This document shows positions 24,065 to 38,707 of a stretch of DNA of 64,000 nucleotides, in pieces. Source of the stretch: Macrostomum hystrix (taxonomy: Eukaryota > Animalia > Platyhelminthes); assembly GCA_950097015.1 (NCBI GenBank), contig CATNEN010000038.1, positions 26,784,001 through 26,848,000 on the forward strand. Reading direction: 5' to 3'. The notes under the pieces are model-generated. The model worked only from the letters and a program-made list of their open reading frames with translations. It had not been told where the DNA came from and did not search any database. Position 1 is the stretch's first letter. Each line of letters starts with the position of its first letter. The position numbers were made by a program, and so were the translations under genes.

Positions 24065-24853
24065 GGTACAGAATCACACCGGTTAGACACAGGATCTCAC
24101 CGGTTAGACACAGAATCTCACCGGTTAGACACAGAATCTGACTGGTTAGACACAGGATCTCACCGGTTAGACACAGAATCTCACCGGTTAGACACAGGAT
24201 CTCACCGGTTAGACACAGAATCTCACCGGTTAGACACAGAATCTCACCGGTTAGACACAGGATCTCACCGGTTAGACACAGAATCTGACTGGTTAGACAC
24301 AGAATCTCACCGGTTAGACACAGAATCTGACTGGTTAGACACAGAATCTCACCGGTTAGACACAGGATCTCACCGGTTAGACACAGAATCTGACTGGTTA
24401 GACACAGAATCTCACCGGTTAGACACAGAATCTCACCGGTTAGACACAGAATCTCACCGGTTAGATACAGAATCTCACCGGTTAAACACAGAATCTCACC
24501 GGTTAGATACAGAATCTCACCGGTTAGACACAGAATCTCACCGGTTAGACACAGGATCTCACCGGTTAGATACAGAATCTCACCGGTTAGACACAGGATC
24601 TCACCGGTTAGACACAGAATCTCACCGGTTAGACACAGAATCTCACCGGTTAGACACAGAATCTGACTGGTTAGACACAGAATCTGACTGGTTAGACACA
24701 GAATCTGACTGGTTAGACACAGAATCTCACCGGTTAGACACAGTATCTCACCGGTTAGACACAGAATCTCACCGGTTAGACACAGAATCTGACTGGTTAG
24801 TCACAGAATCTGACTGGTTAGACACAGAATCTCACCGGTTAGATACAGAATCT
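24065..24853. repeat. 21-bp minisatellite (egr intron)
   Basis: CACAGAATCTCACCGGTTAGA, about 37 copies. Confidence 0.95.
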
Positions 24854-25194
24854 CTGTATCTATCTCAATCTCACCACTTACACAAGAGTTAAATAGATTT
24901 TGAATTTGCAAAGTAATTAGTTCGATTGAGCAACTAGCTTAAATGTTGCAACATTGAGGTCTTTAATTAAAAACAAACTGATTATCCTCCTTAATTTTTT
25001 GGAGTTGTATCAATCACATAATTATTTGACTAGTAAACACAAAAGGAATCTTTTCTAGTCATTAATTAACGACTTTGTAATCAAGTGCAGCTGTAGCTGC
25101 ATGAACAGGGGTTTTTAACTAATTGTGTTCGGACAAAAACAGATCCCCTGTTATATAACTATCGGCGTCTCTCAGAAACGTCTCAGTGACCTTT

Positions 25195-25805
25195 TTAGTG
25201 TCTCAGAAAGTCCCACAATGTCTCAGAATGTCTCTCAGTGTCTCAGAATGTCCCACAATGTCTCAGAATGTCCCACAATGTCTCAGAATGTCCCACAATG
25301 TCTCAGAATGTCTCTCAGTGTCTCAGAATGTCCCACAATGTCTCAGAATGTCTCCCAGTGTCTCAGAATGTCTCTCAGTGTCTCCGAATGTCTCCCAGTG
25401 TCTCAGAATGTCCCACAATGTCTCAGAATGTCTCTCAGTGTCTCAGAATGTCCCACAATGTCTCAGAATGTCTCCCAGTGTCTCAGAATGTCTCTCAGTG
25501 TCTCAGAATGTCTCCCAGTGTCTCAGAATGTCTCTCAGTGTCTCAGAATGTCTCCCAGTGTCTCAGAATGTCTCTCAGTGTCTCAGAATGTCTCCCAGTG
25601 TCTCAGAATGTCTCCCAGTGTCTCAGAATGTCTCTCAGTGTCTCAGAATGTCCCACAATGTCTCAGAATGTCTCTCAGTGTCTCAGAATGTCCCACAATA
25701 TCTCAGAATGTCTCTCAGTGTCTCAGAATGTCTCTCAGTGTCTCAGAATGTCTCTCAGTGTCTCAGAATGTCTCCCAGTGTCTCAGAATGTCTCTCAGTG
25801 TCTTA
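25195..25805. repeat. 20-bp (2x10) minisatellite (egr intron)
   Basis: TCTCAGAATG alternating with TCTCTCAGTG, TCCCACAATG or TCTCCCAGTG. Confidence 0.95.
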
Positions 25806-25863
25806 GAAAATATTTTAGTACAATATCTCACTTTGTCTCGCAATTGCTATCCTTCGTTATTTT

Positions 25864-26470
25864 ACAATATCCCATGTTGTCTCACATTATCCCATGTTGT
25901 CTCACAGTATCCCATGTTGTCTCACAATATCCCATGTTGTCTCACAGTATCCCATGTTGTCTCACAATATCCCATGTTGTCTCACAATATCCCATGTTGT
26001 CTCACAATATCCCATGTCTCACAATATCCCATGTTGTCTCACATTATCCCATGTTGTCTCACAATATCCCATGTCTCACAATATCCCATGTTGTCTCACA
26101 ATATCCCATGTCTCACAATATCCCATGTTGTCTCACAATATCCCATGTTGTCTCACAATATCCCATGTTGTCTCACAATATCCCATGTTGTCTCACAATA
26201 TCCCATGTTGTCTCACAATATCCCATGTTGTCTCACAATATCCCATGTTGTCTCACAATATCCCATGTCTCACAATATCCCATGTTGTCTCACAATATCC
26301 CATGTTGTCTCACAATATCCCATGTTGTCTCACAATATCCCATGTTGTCTCACAATATCCCATGTTGTCTCACAATATCCCATGTTGTCTCACAATCCCA
26401 TGTTGTCTCACAATATCCCATGTTGTCTCACAATATCCCATGTTGTCTCACAATCCCATGTTGTCTCACG
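25864..26470. repeat. 20-bp minisatellite (egr intron)
   Basis: CCCATGTTGTCTCACAATAT with 17-bp variants. Confidence 0.95.
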
Positions 26471-27261
26471 GTATCCATTTATGCTTAATTATCTAACACC
26501 CAGTGTATTGTCTTTAGAATGTCCCTAGTTCAACGCAAGCAATGAAATTGTCCCAAAATAGGTTATTGTTCTAACAGTAGCAGTGACCTCAGGTGGCCCC
26601 GCATTTTATAAAGAACAGCCAAACGATTTATTCATTTCCTGATACACTTAAAAATGGCACGTTTTTGGCTTTCATGGAATTGAAGTTCAACGCAGAAAAT
26701 TAGAAATTGTTCACTCCTTTAAAGTGCTGCTTTTAAACGAGTGTTCAATCTGTGCACTCTTTGACATCTAACTGCGGTGTGTCCAGGGTTCGAATAACTC
26801 GAGATAAGTAGGGATAAGGGATAACTAGGCAGCCGCAAGGACACTTTGAAAGTCTCTGTCTTTTCCGTTTTTAGTAACTAAGTTCACTGCAGCATTCGCC
26901 CGCATAACTTATTGAAAGTTGTATCTAGGGCCCTTGCCACAGACCTTGATAGCGGACACTGCCTGCTATGAACGGCGAGGACAAATACTGGGATATTTGA
27001 GAGAGAGAGAGAAATAATTCCCAGGCGCTGGCTATGCTCAATAGAGGCGTCAGATCCCACGACCCCGGGTGCCTGGATAAGACTGCTCTGAGCATAGGAG
27101 ATTGTGGATCGGAGCTGAGCAGGGGTTATTCGGGGTCACGAGTCTATTGGCGTAGAGTCCACTTTAGAACAGTTTTTAAGTACACGATATATATATATTC
27201 TGATTAAAGAAATTTTCTGCTCAGGTCCAAATGATTGTTTTTTTCAATTGGCTCTTCTTTC

Positions 27262-28236
<975 letters not shown>

Positions 28237-28926
28237 CCTTTCGGCTAGTTTTGGGATTTGGGATTTGGGATTTGGGAGTTCTCTAATGTGGATTCGAGAT
28301 CTGCAGCTATATCAGTTATCTATTTCAGAGTCTGAGAAAAGGCTTTTAGGAATCAAGGTCTAGAATATAAAAAATGGAAATGTAGGATTATTAAAATAGG
28401 GGTTTGGGATTCTTGAGGACTTGGGGAGTATTAGAAACAGGATTCCAGATCTGTTATTTTAAAAAATTGCTAACAGTATTTAAAATTTCTAAAATCTAGG
28501 CTCTTTAGAAGACTCCTTAGAATTCCAAGAACGTATAGTCTCTGAGTTTTCTTTTTCGGGGTTAAAAATCATTTTTGTGTTTTGACATTTTATAAACGAT
28601 TTAGTTTGCTTTCTTTATTAAGTGTCAAACCAAGCATGCTATCGTGCTAAACTTGTGCGAAATTTGTAAAGTACGTCGTAATTTATATTCACACAAATCC
28701 ATTTTAATTTGTTCTTTTTTAAATTGATTAGAATTTTTAACCACTGCTTATTTATGATTTTATATTCATTGCGTTGCGAAAATTCAGATGTCTTTTTGGT
28801 GCGTTATTGGAACTATGTCTCAAGGCAGATATCCCACATACTTTAACTATTGATTATTATCATCATGTGCTTCTCGATCTAAGATGTACCGGCTGATGCA
28901 TTCAGCATGGGGCCTCCATTCCACTT

Positions 28927-29287
28927 TCTCTCTCCTCTCCTCTACTCTCCTCGCCTCTCCTCTCTTGTCCTCTCCTCTCCTCTCCTGTCCTCTCCTGTCC
29001 TCTCCTGTCCTCTCCTGTCCTCTCCTCTCCTGTCCTCTCCTCTCCTCTCCTGTCCTCTCCTCTCCTCTCCTCTCCTGTCCTCTACTCTACTCTCCTGTCC
29101 TCTCCTCTCCTCTCCTGTCCTCTCCTCTCCTGTCCTCTACTCTCCTCTCCTGTCCTCTCCTCTCCTCTCCTGTCCTGTCTCTCCTGTACTCTACTCTCCT
29201 CTCTTCTACTCTCCTCACCTGTCCTGTCTCTCCTCTCCTCTCCTCTCCGCTCCTCACCTCTCCTCACCTCCTTTCCTCTCCTCTCCA
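28927..29287. repeat. (CTCCT/GTCCT)n pyrimidine tract
   Basis: Pentamer repeat 3' of egr. Confidence 0.93.
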
Positions 29288-30021
29288 CAATGAGACTCCG
29301 GAAGAAGCATCGCGTCACCTGGCCTAGAAAAATAGGAACCTGAAAGTATGTGCCTTAGAAATCAAATGGGCAGTTAGCAAAATTGATGGTAGACTGAGTG
29401 ACGCACGAAAGAAAATAATAAACGAACACAACTATATTTTGTTGCTTGTCTCATTTTCCATGCTGTCTTAGTTGTTTTTTCGATTTCAAAATTCCCAAGA
29501 TTACAATTCAAAACCAAAACAGAAAAAAACATTTTTATAGCTTCGGCTAGCTTTTTCTTTGTTTTAAATGAGTGAAATGAGAACATTGTCGCAAACTTTG
29601 CTATTTTTGAAGCATTCCAAATGTGAAGAAATTATTTCAGCGCAGCAGATGTAGCGACCTGTAAGCAAACAGGGCTTTGTTAAGCTGACATTTTCTGGAA
29701 TTGATAATAAACTGTTCAAGACCTTATGTTAGTCATTAGTCATTAGTCAAACATCACTAGCTGTTTGAGTGTTTGCCAGATACCAGAGGTTCTGTGCATT
29801 AAGCAAGCGGAACACTCAAATCTATTTATGCAATAGGTCAATTTTGTTTTCACTAATTTTACTCGCATTTATAATGCTTGCGATTGCAGATCGTGCTACA
29901 TGAACTCAATATACTCACGATGTCGCGAGATACTACTGTAAGTAGTATCAGATAAAATATACTCTGCAATAGTGCCTTTTCTTTTCCATTTCCACGTGAA
30001 CAGAAAAAGCACTGGAAGGAC

Positions 30022-31058
30022 TGGTGAGGCAGTGGAGTGACAGGTGAGGCAGTGGAGTGACAGGTGAGGCAGTGGAGTGACAGGTGAGGCAGTGGAGTGA
30101 CAATTGAGGCAGTGGAGTGACAGGTGAGGCAGTGGAGTGACAAGTGAGGCAGTGGAGTGACAAGTGAGGCAGTGGAAGGACAGAAGAGGCAGTGGAGAGA
30201 CAGGAGGGGCAGGAGTGACAGCATAAGGCAGTGGAGTGACAGGTGAGGCAGTGGAGTGACAATTGAGGCTGTGGAGTGACAGGTGAGGCAGTGGAGTGAC
30301 AGGAGAGGCAGTGGAGAGACAGGAGGGGCAGTGGAGTGACAGGTGAGGCGGTGAAGTGACAGGAGAGGCAGTAAAGTGACAGGTGAGGCAGTGGAGAGAC
30401 AGGAGGGGCAGTAAAGGGACAGGTGAGGCGGTGAAGTGACAGGAGAGGCAGTAAAGTGACAGGAGGGGCAGTGGAGTGACAGGTGAGGCGGTGAAGTGAC
30501 AGGAGAGGCAGTAAAGTGACAGGTGAGGCGGTGAAGTGACAGGTGAGGCAGTGGAGAGACAGGAGGGGCAGTAAAGGGACAGGTGAGGCGGTGAAGTGAC
30601 AGGAGAGGCAGTAAAGTGACAGGTGAGGCGGTGAAGTGACAGGTGAGGCTGTGGAGTGACAGGTGAGGCAGTGGAGAGACAGGAGGGGCAGTAAAGTGAC
30701 AGGTGAGGCGGTGAAGTGACAGGAGAGGCAGTAAAGTGACAGGTGAGGCTGTGGAGTGACAGGTGAGGCAGTGGAGAGACAGGAGGGGCAGTAAAGTGAC
30801 AGGTGAGGCGGTGAAGTGACAGGAGAGGCAGTAAAGTGACAGGTGAGGCGGTGAAGTGACAGGTGAGGCTGTGGAGTGACAGGTGAGGCAGTGGAGAGAC
30901 AGGAGGGGCAGTAAAGGGACAGGTGAGGCGGTGAAGTGACAGGAGAGGCAGTAAAGTGACAGGAGGGGCAGTGGAGTGACAGGTGAGGCGGTGAAGTGAC
31001 AGGAGAGGCAGTAAAGTGACAGGTGAGGCGGTGAAGTGACAGGAGACGCTGTGGAGTG
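30022..31058 (-). repeat. 20-bp minisatellite, inverted relative of 12580-13948
   Basis: AGGTGAGGCAGTGGAGTGAC is the exact reverse complement of the Ras-intron unit; diverged variants increase rightwards. Confidence 0.95.
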
Positions 31059-31633
31059 TAATGTGTAAATCAGTGTAATGTTGTGATGGCTTTGCTGTAA
31101 GCTGGGGTCATGTATAGTGTTGTTAGGAGCGCATTTAATAGGTTTTAATTTGTTGTTTGCCTTAATTGTGATGCAAAAAATATGTATACAAAATAGCAGC
31201 CCATTAAAACAGCGTGGAAGTATCGGCTCTGACCCACTGAAGCAAATGGTTCATAGCTCAAGTTCATGGAGTCAGCAGCCCGGACCAAAGCGTCAAATTC
31301 GCCTGACAGTGTCATATCTTCTGTGGAGGACTCGAACTAGCACGGCCAACTTCAGCTGGGAATAAACCTTGTCTGGAGCCGCAAAAGAAGTCAAGCGAGT
31401 CAGCGGAGAATGAAGGCGACATGCAGATAGCGAGAGAAGCAGATGCTGGCAGAGACGAGAAAGGAAGCAGAAGATCCACGGCTGCATTGGATGAGCCACA
31501 CAGACTCGAATGGCTGGTTTGGCCATCGAATCCCAAGGGTGCCTGTCCGCCCACCAATATCCGTCTCACCCATTCATAGGGTACAACGCTGCGACCAGCC
31601 TTCCTCTTTTTGGTTAGCCAAGTGCGCAGTTCC

Positions 31634-31677
31634 AACCCTAACCCTAACCCTAACCCTAACCCTAACCCTAACCCTAG
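31634..31677. repeat. Interstitial telomeric (CCCTAA)n tract
   Basis: About 7 CCCTAA units. Confidence 0.9.
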
Positions 31678-32399
31678 CCAACCCTCCCCAGCCACAATTC
31701 CCCGACGCCCAATCCTATGTCGGATGGGAATCCTATCTTTCTACCGAGCGTAGCAGAAGGCACCCAACTTCAACAGCAGCAGCAGCAGCTGCAGTGTGCG
31801 CGCCCCGGTCAGTTCGCCAGAAAAGAAATAAGTTCAATTTATTCGGATCCGATGCTGCATTGTAATTAACAACGTAGAACGGAGAAACGATTTGAAGCCT
31901 TTGACATGGAATGATGGGTAAGTGAAAGCAGCCAAGATTTCAAGCCTTGTAAAAAATTCCCATATTTAATTGGACACCGAAATTTCAGGCCCCTCAAAAG
32001 CTACGCAACATCGAATATTAGAAGAATTATTATTATTGAGAATAAAAGTGAAATAAGCAAAAAATATTTTGCAACGATTCCTTAAATTAGAGATTTTCTA
32101 GGGGAAAGCTTAGACATTTTCGATTCAGTCAACAATGTCAAAAACACACTTGAGCCTCACACACTGACGACAAAACTTCTGCTTTCGACACATTGGACCA
32201 GACCGGGCGACCCAGGTTGCAGTGACACCTCATTCTCCAATTTCGAATTTATCTTAGCGACTAAACAAGTCTCAGACACTGTCTCTTGTTTTTACTTTAC
32301 CTTTGGCGCATTTTTGACAGCAGGGTCAGTCTTCGCTTCTTGAAGATTTTGCAATCCACGGAACTGAGAGGAAATATCAGACTAGAGGGAATCCGGAAC

Positions 32400-32765
32400 T
32401 GTCCCCAGTTCTTCAGGGTCGTGTTGTTGTCCCCAGTTCTTCAGGGTCGTGTTGTTGTCCCCAGTTCTTCAGGGTCGTGTTGTTGTCCCCAGTTCTTCAG
32501 GGTCGTGTTGTTGTCCCCAGTTCTTCAGGGTCGTGTTGTTGTCCCCAGTTCTTCAGGGTCGTGTTGTTGTCCCCAGTTCTTCAGGGTCGTGTTGTTGTCC
32601 CCAGTTCTTCAGGGTCGTGTTGTTGTCCCCAGTTCTTCAGGGTCGTGTTGTTGTCCCCAGTTCTTCAGGGTCGTGTTGTTGTCCCCAGTTCTTCAGGGTC
32701 GTGTTGTTGTCCCCAGTTCTTCAGGGTCGTGTTGTTGTCCCCAGTTCTTCAGGGTCGTGTTGTTT
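32400..32765. repeat. 28-bp minisatellite
   Basis: GTCCCCAGTTCTTCAGGGTCGTGTTGTT, about 13 essentially identical copies. Confidence 0.95.
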
Positions 32766-33669
32766 TCCCATTCGCAATTCAGTCTGCTGCTCAGTTTTTT
32801 TTATTCCCTGAATGATTCAGTTCAGACAGTACTAGAACCCTCTGACATCTTATGTATCTCCCCAACAGCTATATTAGTTAAATCAATGCCAAAATTATTG
32901 TATTTCTGGACACAACGCAGCTGTAGCTCAGGTGCAGAAGAAAACTATTTAAAGAAAATTTGGCATTTTTCTAAATTAGATTTTTTGGACAAAAGAAATG
33001 GATTCAGCTGCGAAGTACCTCATACCCATCCCCCAACACGCAGGCACACACAGAGACCTTTGCATATGATAATTGTTCTAAGAATTGTCGCCACACTCAC
33101 CTTCACCAACCTCATAGTGACTATGCGCCTAAGCTCAAAGCTAAACAGTTCAGAACCTCCACTAGCAGAGACTCGATAATATCTCATTCTTTACCCAGTC
33201 TCTGTGCACCCTCTAGGTCTGTCTTTCTGTCAGTCTGTCTCGGGCTCTCTGCAGCTTTAGTTTAGAACTTGTCGTTAATTCTCTTGTTCAATCATCTGAT
33301 TCAGTTTCATACACGTAAAGCTTAATAGAGTTTTATATTTTAACTTGGCAAACTAAATTAATGTACAGTAGATTATCGAATAGCTTAGCAGTTTGTATGA
33401 CAATTTAACGAATGAGCGGACTAATTGGATCATTGAATGCTTGCGGGTAAGATGATCTTATTCTTTTAAATGATGCTTTTTAAAATTCGTGTTAATCACC
33501 ATTGAGATATATTTGATAGACTGATTAATGACTGATGATTAATAAACTATTTCTAGGAAACTTGACGGCGCCAACAGCGACACTCCAACTGCGTCAACAG
33601 CTGCGCATCAGGGAGGAAGTCAGGAGTTCGAAACATCCCAGCTATTGACCAGCCAGCGACTGAAGGGGT

Positions 33670-34401
33670 GAGGACTGGGGTGACTGAGTCTGGACTGGGG
33701 TAACTGAGGCTGAACTGGGGTGACTGAGTCTGGACTGGGGTGACTGAGTCTGGACTGGGGTGACTGAGTCTGGACTGGGGTGACTGAGTCTGGACTGGGG
33801 TGATTGAGTCTGGACTGGGGTGACTGAGGCTGGACTGGGGTGACTGAGTCTGGACTGGGGTGACTGAGGCTGGACTGGGGTGACTGAGGCTGGACTGGGT
33901 GACTGAGTCTGGAGTGGGGTGACTGAGTCTGGACTGGGGTGACTGAGTCTGGACTGGGGTGACTGAGTCTGGACTGGGGTGACTGAGGCTGGACTGGGGT
34001 GACTAAGGCTGGACTGGGGTGACTGAGGCTGGACTGGGGTATTGTGGGAGTGACTGAGGTAGTAGGGAGTGACTGAGGTAGTAGGGAGTGACTGAGGTAG
34101 TAGGGAGTGACTGAGGTAGTAGGGAGTGACTGAGGTAGTAGGGAGTGACTGAGTTAGTGTGGGAGTGACTGAGGTAGTAGGGAGTGACTGAGGTAGTAGG
34201 GAGTGACTGAGGTAGTAGGGAGTGACTGAGGTAGTAGGGAGTGACTGAGTTAGTGTGGGAGTGACTGAGGTAGTAGGGAGTGACTGAGGTAGTAGGGAGT
34301 GACTGAGGTAGTAGGGAGTGACTGAGGTAGTAGGGAGTGACTGAGTTAGTGTGGGAGTGACTGAGGTAGTAGGGAGTGACTGAGGTAGTAGGGAGTGACT
34401 G
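33670..34401. repeat. Adjacent 20-bp and 19-bp G-rich minisatellites
   Basis: TGACTGAG(T/G)CTGGACTGGGG to about 34040, then GAGTGACTGAGGTAGTAGG. Confidence 0.95.
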
Positions 34402-34804
34402 CTAAAAAAATCTCCCATACCACCAGTGCACTTTTGTCCCGCTATCCAGCAAGCTCCTCATCAGGCCCTTAAATCCTTAATTTATCGCCCAGCCTGCGCG
34501 CTCGCCTGTATCAGCATTTAATTGGCCCAGCAGCTCGTGTCCCCACAGGAAGACACAATCATAATATTGCAGAAGCTCGGCCAGTTATTTTATCCGGTGC
34601 AGTTTTCGACAATAAACCGATGAACTTGCAGACCCCAGCACTATTCATTTTGCTATAAAATGGGCATTCACTCCCTTCCCCCAGTTGGTTATGCTTGAAA
34701 GAATTTCTTCCTAAATCTTAGTCCACATGGCTTGTTACTTTTCCGTGCCAAGCTCGCGAATATTTTTATATTATATCAATAATACTCGTATTGATACAGA
34801 TACG

Positions 34805-36375
34805 CAGTCACTCTCACACTGCTTCAGTCACTCTCACACTGCTTCAGTCACTCTCACACTGATTAAGTCACTCTCACACTGCTTTAGTCACTCTCACACT
34901 GATTTAGTCACTCTCAAACTGATTTAGTCACTCTCACACTGATTCAGTCACTCTCACACTGATTCAGTCACTATCACACTGATTCACTCTCACACTGATT
35001 CAGTCACTCTAACACTGCTTCAGTCACTCTCACACTGATTCACTCTCACACTGATTCAGTCACTCTAACACTGCTTCAGTCACTCTCACACTGATTCACT
35101 CTCACACTGATTCACCCTCACACTGATTCACTCTCACACTGATTCAGTCACTCTCACACTGCTTTAGTCACTCTCACACTGATTCAGTCACTCTCACACT
35201 GATATAGTCACTCTCACACTGATTCATTCTCACACATCTTCAGTCACTCTCACACTGATTTAGTCACTCTCACACTGATTTAGTCACTCTCACACTGATT
35301 CAGTCACTCTCACACTGATTCAGTAACTCTCACACTGATTCAGTCACTCTCACACTGATTTAGTCACTCTCACACTGATTCACTCTCACACTGATTCACT
35401 CTCACACTGATTTAGTCACTCTCACACTGATTAAGTCACTCTCACACTGATTCAGTCACTCTCACACTGATTCAGTCCCTCTCACACTGATTCAGTCACT
35501 CTCACACTGATTCACTCTCACACTGATTCACTCTCACACTGATTCACTCTCACACTGATTCACTCTCACACTGATTCACTCTCACACTGATTCACTCTCA
35601 CACTGATTTAGTCACTCTCACACTGATTCAGTCACTCTCACACTGATTCACTCTCACACTGATTTAGTCACCCTCACACTGATTCAGTCACTCTCACACT
35701 GATTCAGTAACTCTCACACTGATTCAGTCACTCTCACACTGATTTAGTCACTCTCACACTGATTCACTCTCACACTGATTCCCTCTCACACTGATTCAGT
35801 CACTCTCACACTGATTTAGTCACTCTCACACTGATTCACTCTCACACTGATTCCCTCTCACACTGATTCAGTCACTCTCACACTGATTCAGTCACTCTCA
35901 CACTGATTCAGTAACTCTCACACTGATTCAGTCCCTCTCACACTGATTCACTCTCACACTGATTCACTCTCACACTGATTCAGTCACTCTCACACTGATT
36001 CACTCTCACACTGATTCACTCTCACACTGATTCAGTCTCACACTGCTTCACTCTCACACTGATTCAGTCACTCTCACACTGATTCAGTCACTCTCACACT
36101 GATTCAGTCACTCTAACACTGATTCAGTCACTCTCACACTGATTCAGTCACTCTCACACTGATTCAGTCACTCTCACACTGATTCAGTCACTCTCACACT
36201 GATTCAGTCACTCTCACACTGATTCAGTCACTCTCACACTGATTCACTCTCACACTGATTCAGTAACTCTCACACTGATTCAGTCACTCTCACACTGATT
36301 CAGTCACTCTCACACTGATTCAGTCACTCTCACACTGATTCAGTCACTCTCACACTGCTTCACTCTCACTCTCAC
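34805..36375. repeat. 20-bp minisatellite with 16-bp variant
   Basis: GATTCAGTCACTCTCACACT and GATTCACTCTCACACT. Confidence 0.95.
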
Positions 36376-36384
36376 CCTGAAGAT

Positions 36385-36456
36385 ATTTAAGGATCTTGCT
36401 AAAGTCACGATTGGTCCAAGGAAGTCGGGTATCGAACCCCTGACCTTCAAGTCCTA
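36385..36456 (-). mobile_element. tRNA-derived SINE fragment
   Basis: GTCGGGTATCGAACCCCTGACCTTCAAGTC is the reverse complement of the B-box region of 56031-56190. Confidence 0.5.
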
Positions 36457-37009
36457 AATTACTTAATCTTCAATTCCAAATCCTTAATCCTCAAAACAGA
36501 TCCCCCAATCCCCCTATGCCCCAATCTGTTGTTCCCAGTCCAGCGCCTACCATTAGCTACAATCTACGCTCGTATCAACCATTTTCTGGACCCAAAATCA
36601 GCAGCGCTTATAAGTGCAATCGACTGGCTCTACAAGGCATTCATAAGACAAAGCGAGTGTCTTTTTTGTCCACACAAGTCCGTCAGATCCCTCTGAAACT
36701 GAGTCTACATCGGACTGCTCATTAGAAAATTAATATTAACGATGCCGAAAACAATGGGTGCATCTTTTAAGTAGAGGACAAGGGGAATACAGACAGACAG
36801 ACACACGGCCATAATGCACAACTTAAATAGCCACAATGGACTTCTAGTCAGATAGACAGCGCCACGGAGAAGCAGTTTGAGTGCTCAAATAGTTGGGCTA
36901 CTCAAATCCGCCTGACCATTCAGTGTTCAATTTTTGTTTCACATTTGCACTATTAGTTGCGCCTCATAAGTGGGATAATTTGCTAACGGGATCGAAGGTG
37001 TCTTCGTGG

Positions 37010-37786
37010 ATTATCAGGTGTATTTGTTGTCCATTAGGTGTCCTCTATGTTTATCAGGTGTCTTTGATGTCTATCAGGTGTCTTTGTTGTCTATCAGGTG
37101 TCTTTGATGTCTATCAGGTGTCTTTGATGTCAATCAGGGTGTCTTTGATGTCCATCAGGTGTCTTTGATGTCAATCAGGGTGTCTTTGATGTCCATCAGG
37201 TGTCTTTGATGTCAATCAGGGTGTCTTTGATGTCCATCAGGTGTCTTTGATGTCCATCATGTGTCTTTGTTGTCTATCAGGTGTCTTTGATGTCCATCAG
37301 GTGTCTTTGATGTCTATCAGGGTGTCTTTGATGTCCATCAGGTGTCTTTGATGTCCATCATGTGTCTTTGATGTCCATCAGGTGTCTTTGATGTCCATTA
37401 GGTGTCTTTGTTGTCTAGCAGGTGTCTTTGATGTCCATCAGGTGTCTTTGTTGTCTATCAGGTGTCTTTGATGTCCATCAGGTGTCTTTGATGTCCATCA
37501 TGTGTCTTTGATGTCCATCAGGTGTCTTTGATGTCCATTAGGTGTCTTTGTTGTCTAGCAGGTGTCTTTGATGTCCATCAGGTGTCTTTGTTGTCTATCA
37601 GGTGTCTTTGATGTCCATCAGGTGTCTTTGATGTCCATCAGGTGTCTTTGATGTCCATCAGGTGTCTTTGATGTCCATCAGGTGTCTTTGATGTCCATCA
37701 GGTGTCTTTGATGTCCATCAGGTGTCTTTGATGTCTATCAGGTGTCTTTGTTGTCCATTAGGTGTCTTTGTTGTCTATCAGGTGTC
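37010..37786. repeat. 20-bp minisatellite
   Basis: GGTGTCTTTGATGTCCATCA, about 38 copies. Confidence 0.95.
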
Positions 37787-38707
37787 AAGTTAACTCCGCC
37801 GTCAATCAGCAGTATTTTTTGGTTTTATCAGTTATTACATGTCTATCAAGCGAGCGCCTAGTCTATTAGTTTGCTCATAATCGTGCAACAGGAAACCTCT
37901 TTACCCACGCTGTGTCACTTCCATTTTCTAATGGATCAACTGTATTAATATGTAATTAGCAAGCGAACTGAAGTGGTTCTAAAAAAGCAAAAATATTTCC
38001 TTTAGACTAGCCAATTATACAGTTTATAATTTAAGTTATTTAACATGTACCTTGAGGCCATCCGCAACGAACTAATTGATAGAAAAAAATGCTAAATTGA
38101 CACTGGGACTAGTACTTAGTTTCCAAGCATATACTTGGCTTCATTCCTAATCTGCCTCACTGACTAAGCTAGGAGAGTATAGTGAACAGCGGCACTAGCG
38201 CTCCGATTGGCTGTCTGCAGCGGCACATGTAGCGGTGGCGGCAGCGGTGGGATGCTTACAGCTCACTGCAATACGTTAGCCCACGCACCGTGTTGCTTGC
38301 CCTTAACTAAGGTACGCACGGGGAGACAGAGAAAGGGAGCGAGAGCGAGAGGGAGAAGTATGAGAGGTGGAAAATTGGGAAGACTAAAAGCGACCCCCGC
38401 CCCCACCCGAATGAGTATAGCGCTAGCATCCCGAATCCCCCCCAGGAAGCTGGCTTCCCGTACCGACCCCAGCTCTCTTCCCATCCATAAAGAGCGTCAA
38501 TGCTCAATAGTCAGCATCTCGGCATGCAGTAGCTGGTCCCGGATCCTATCGAATCAAACAATAACTGGTTTGCATGCCTGTCTAGCGGAGTCATGTAGTC
38601 CCAGCCAAGTCGCCTGCAACAATGAGCAGAGAAGCAACAAACCCGGCCACCCAGGGGTGAACGGCTACCCGGCACCCCACCGCACACGCGCCAGTGTCCA
38701 ATTCCCA

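Noticed and set aside
38207-38707. 167-codon N-terminal extension of the Kv1 ORF
   Set aside because: Starts at TTG and has no recognisable homology; the conserved MEFAMA start at 38708 is more plausible, though upstream in-frame ATGs cannot be fully excluded
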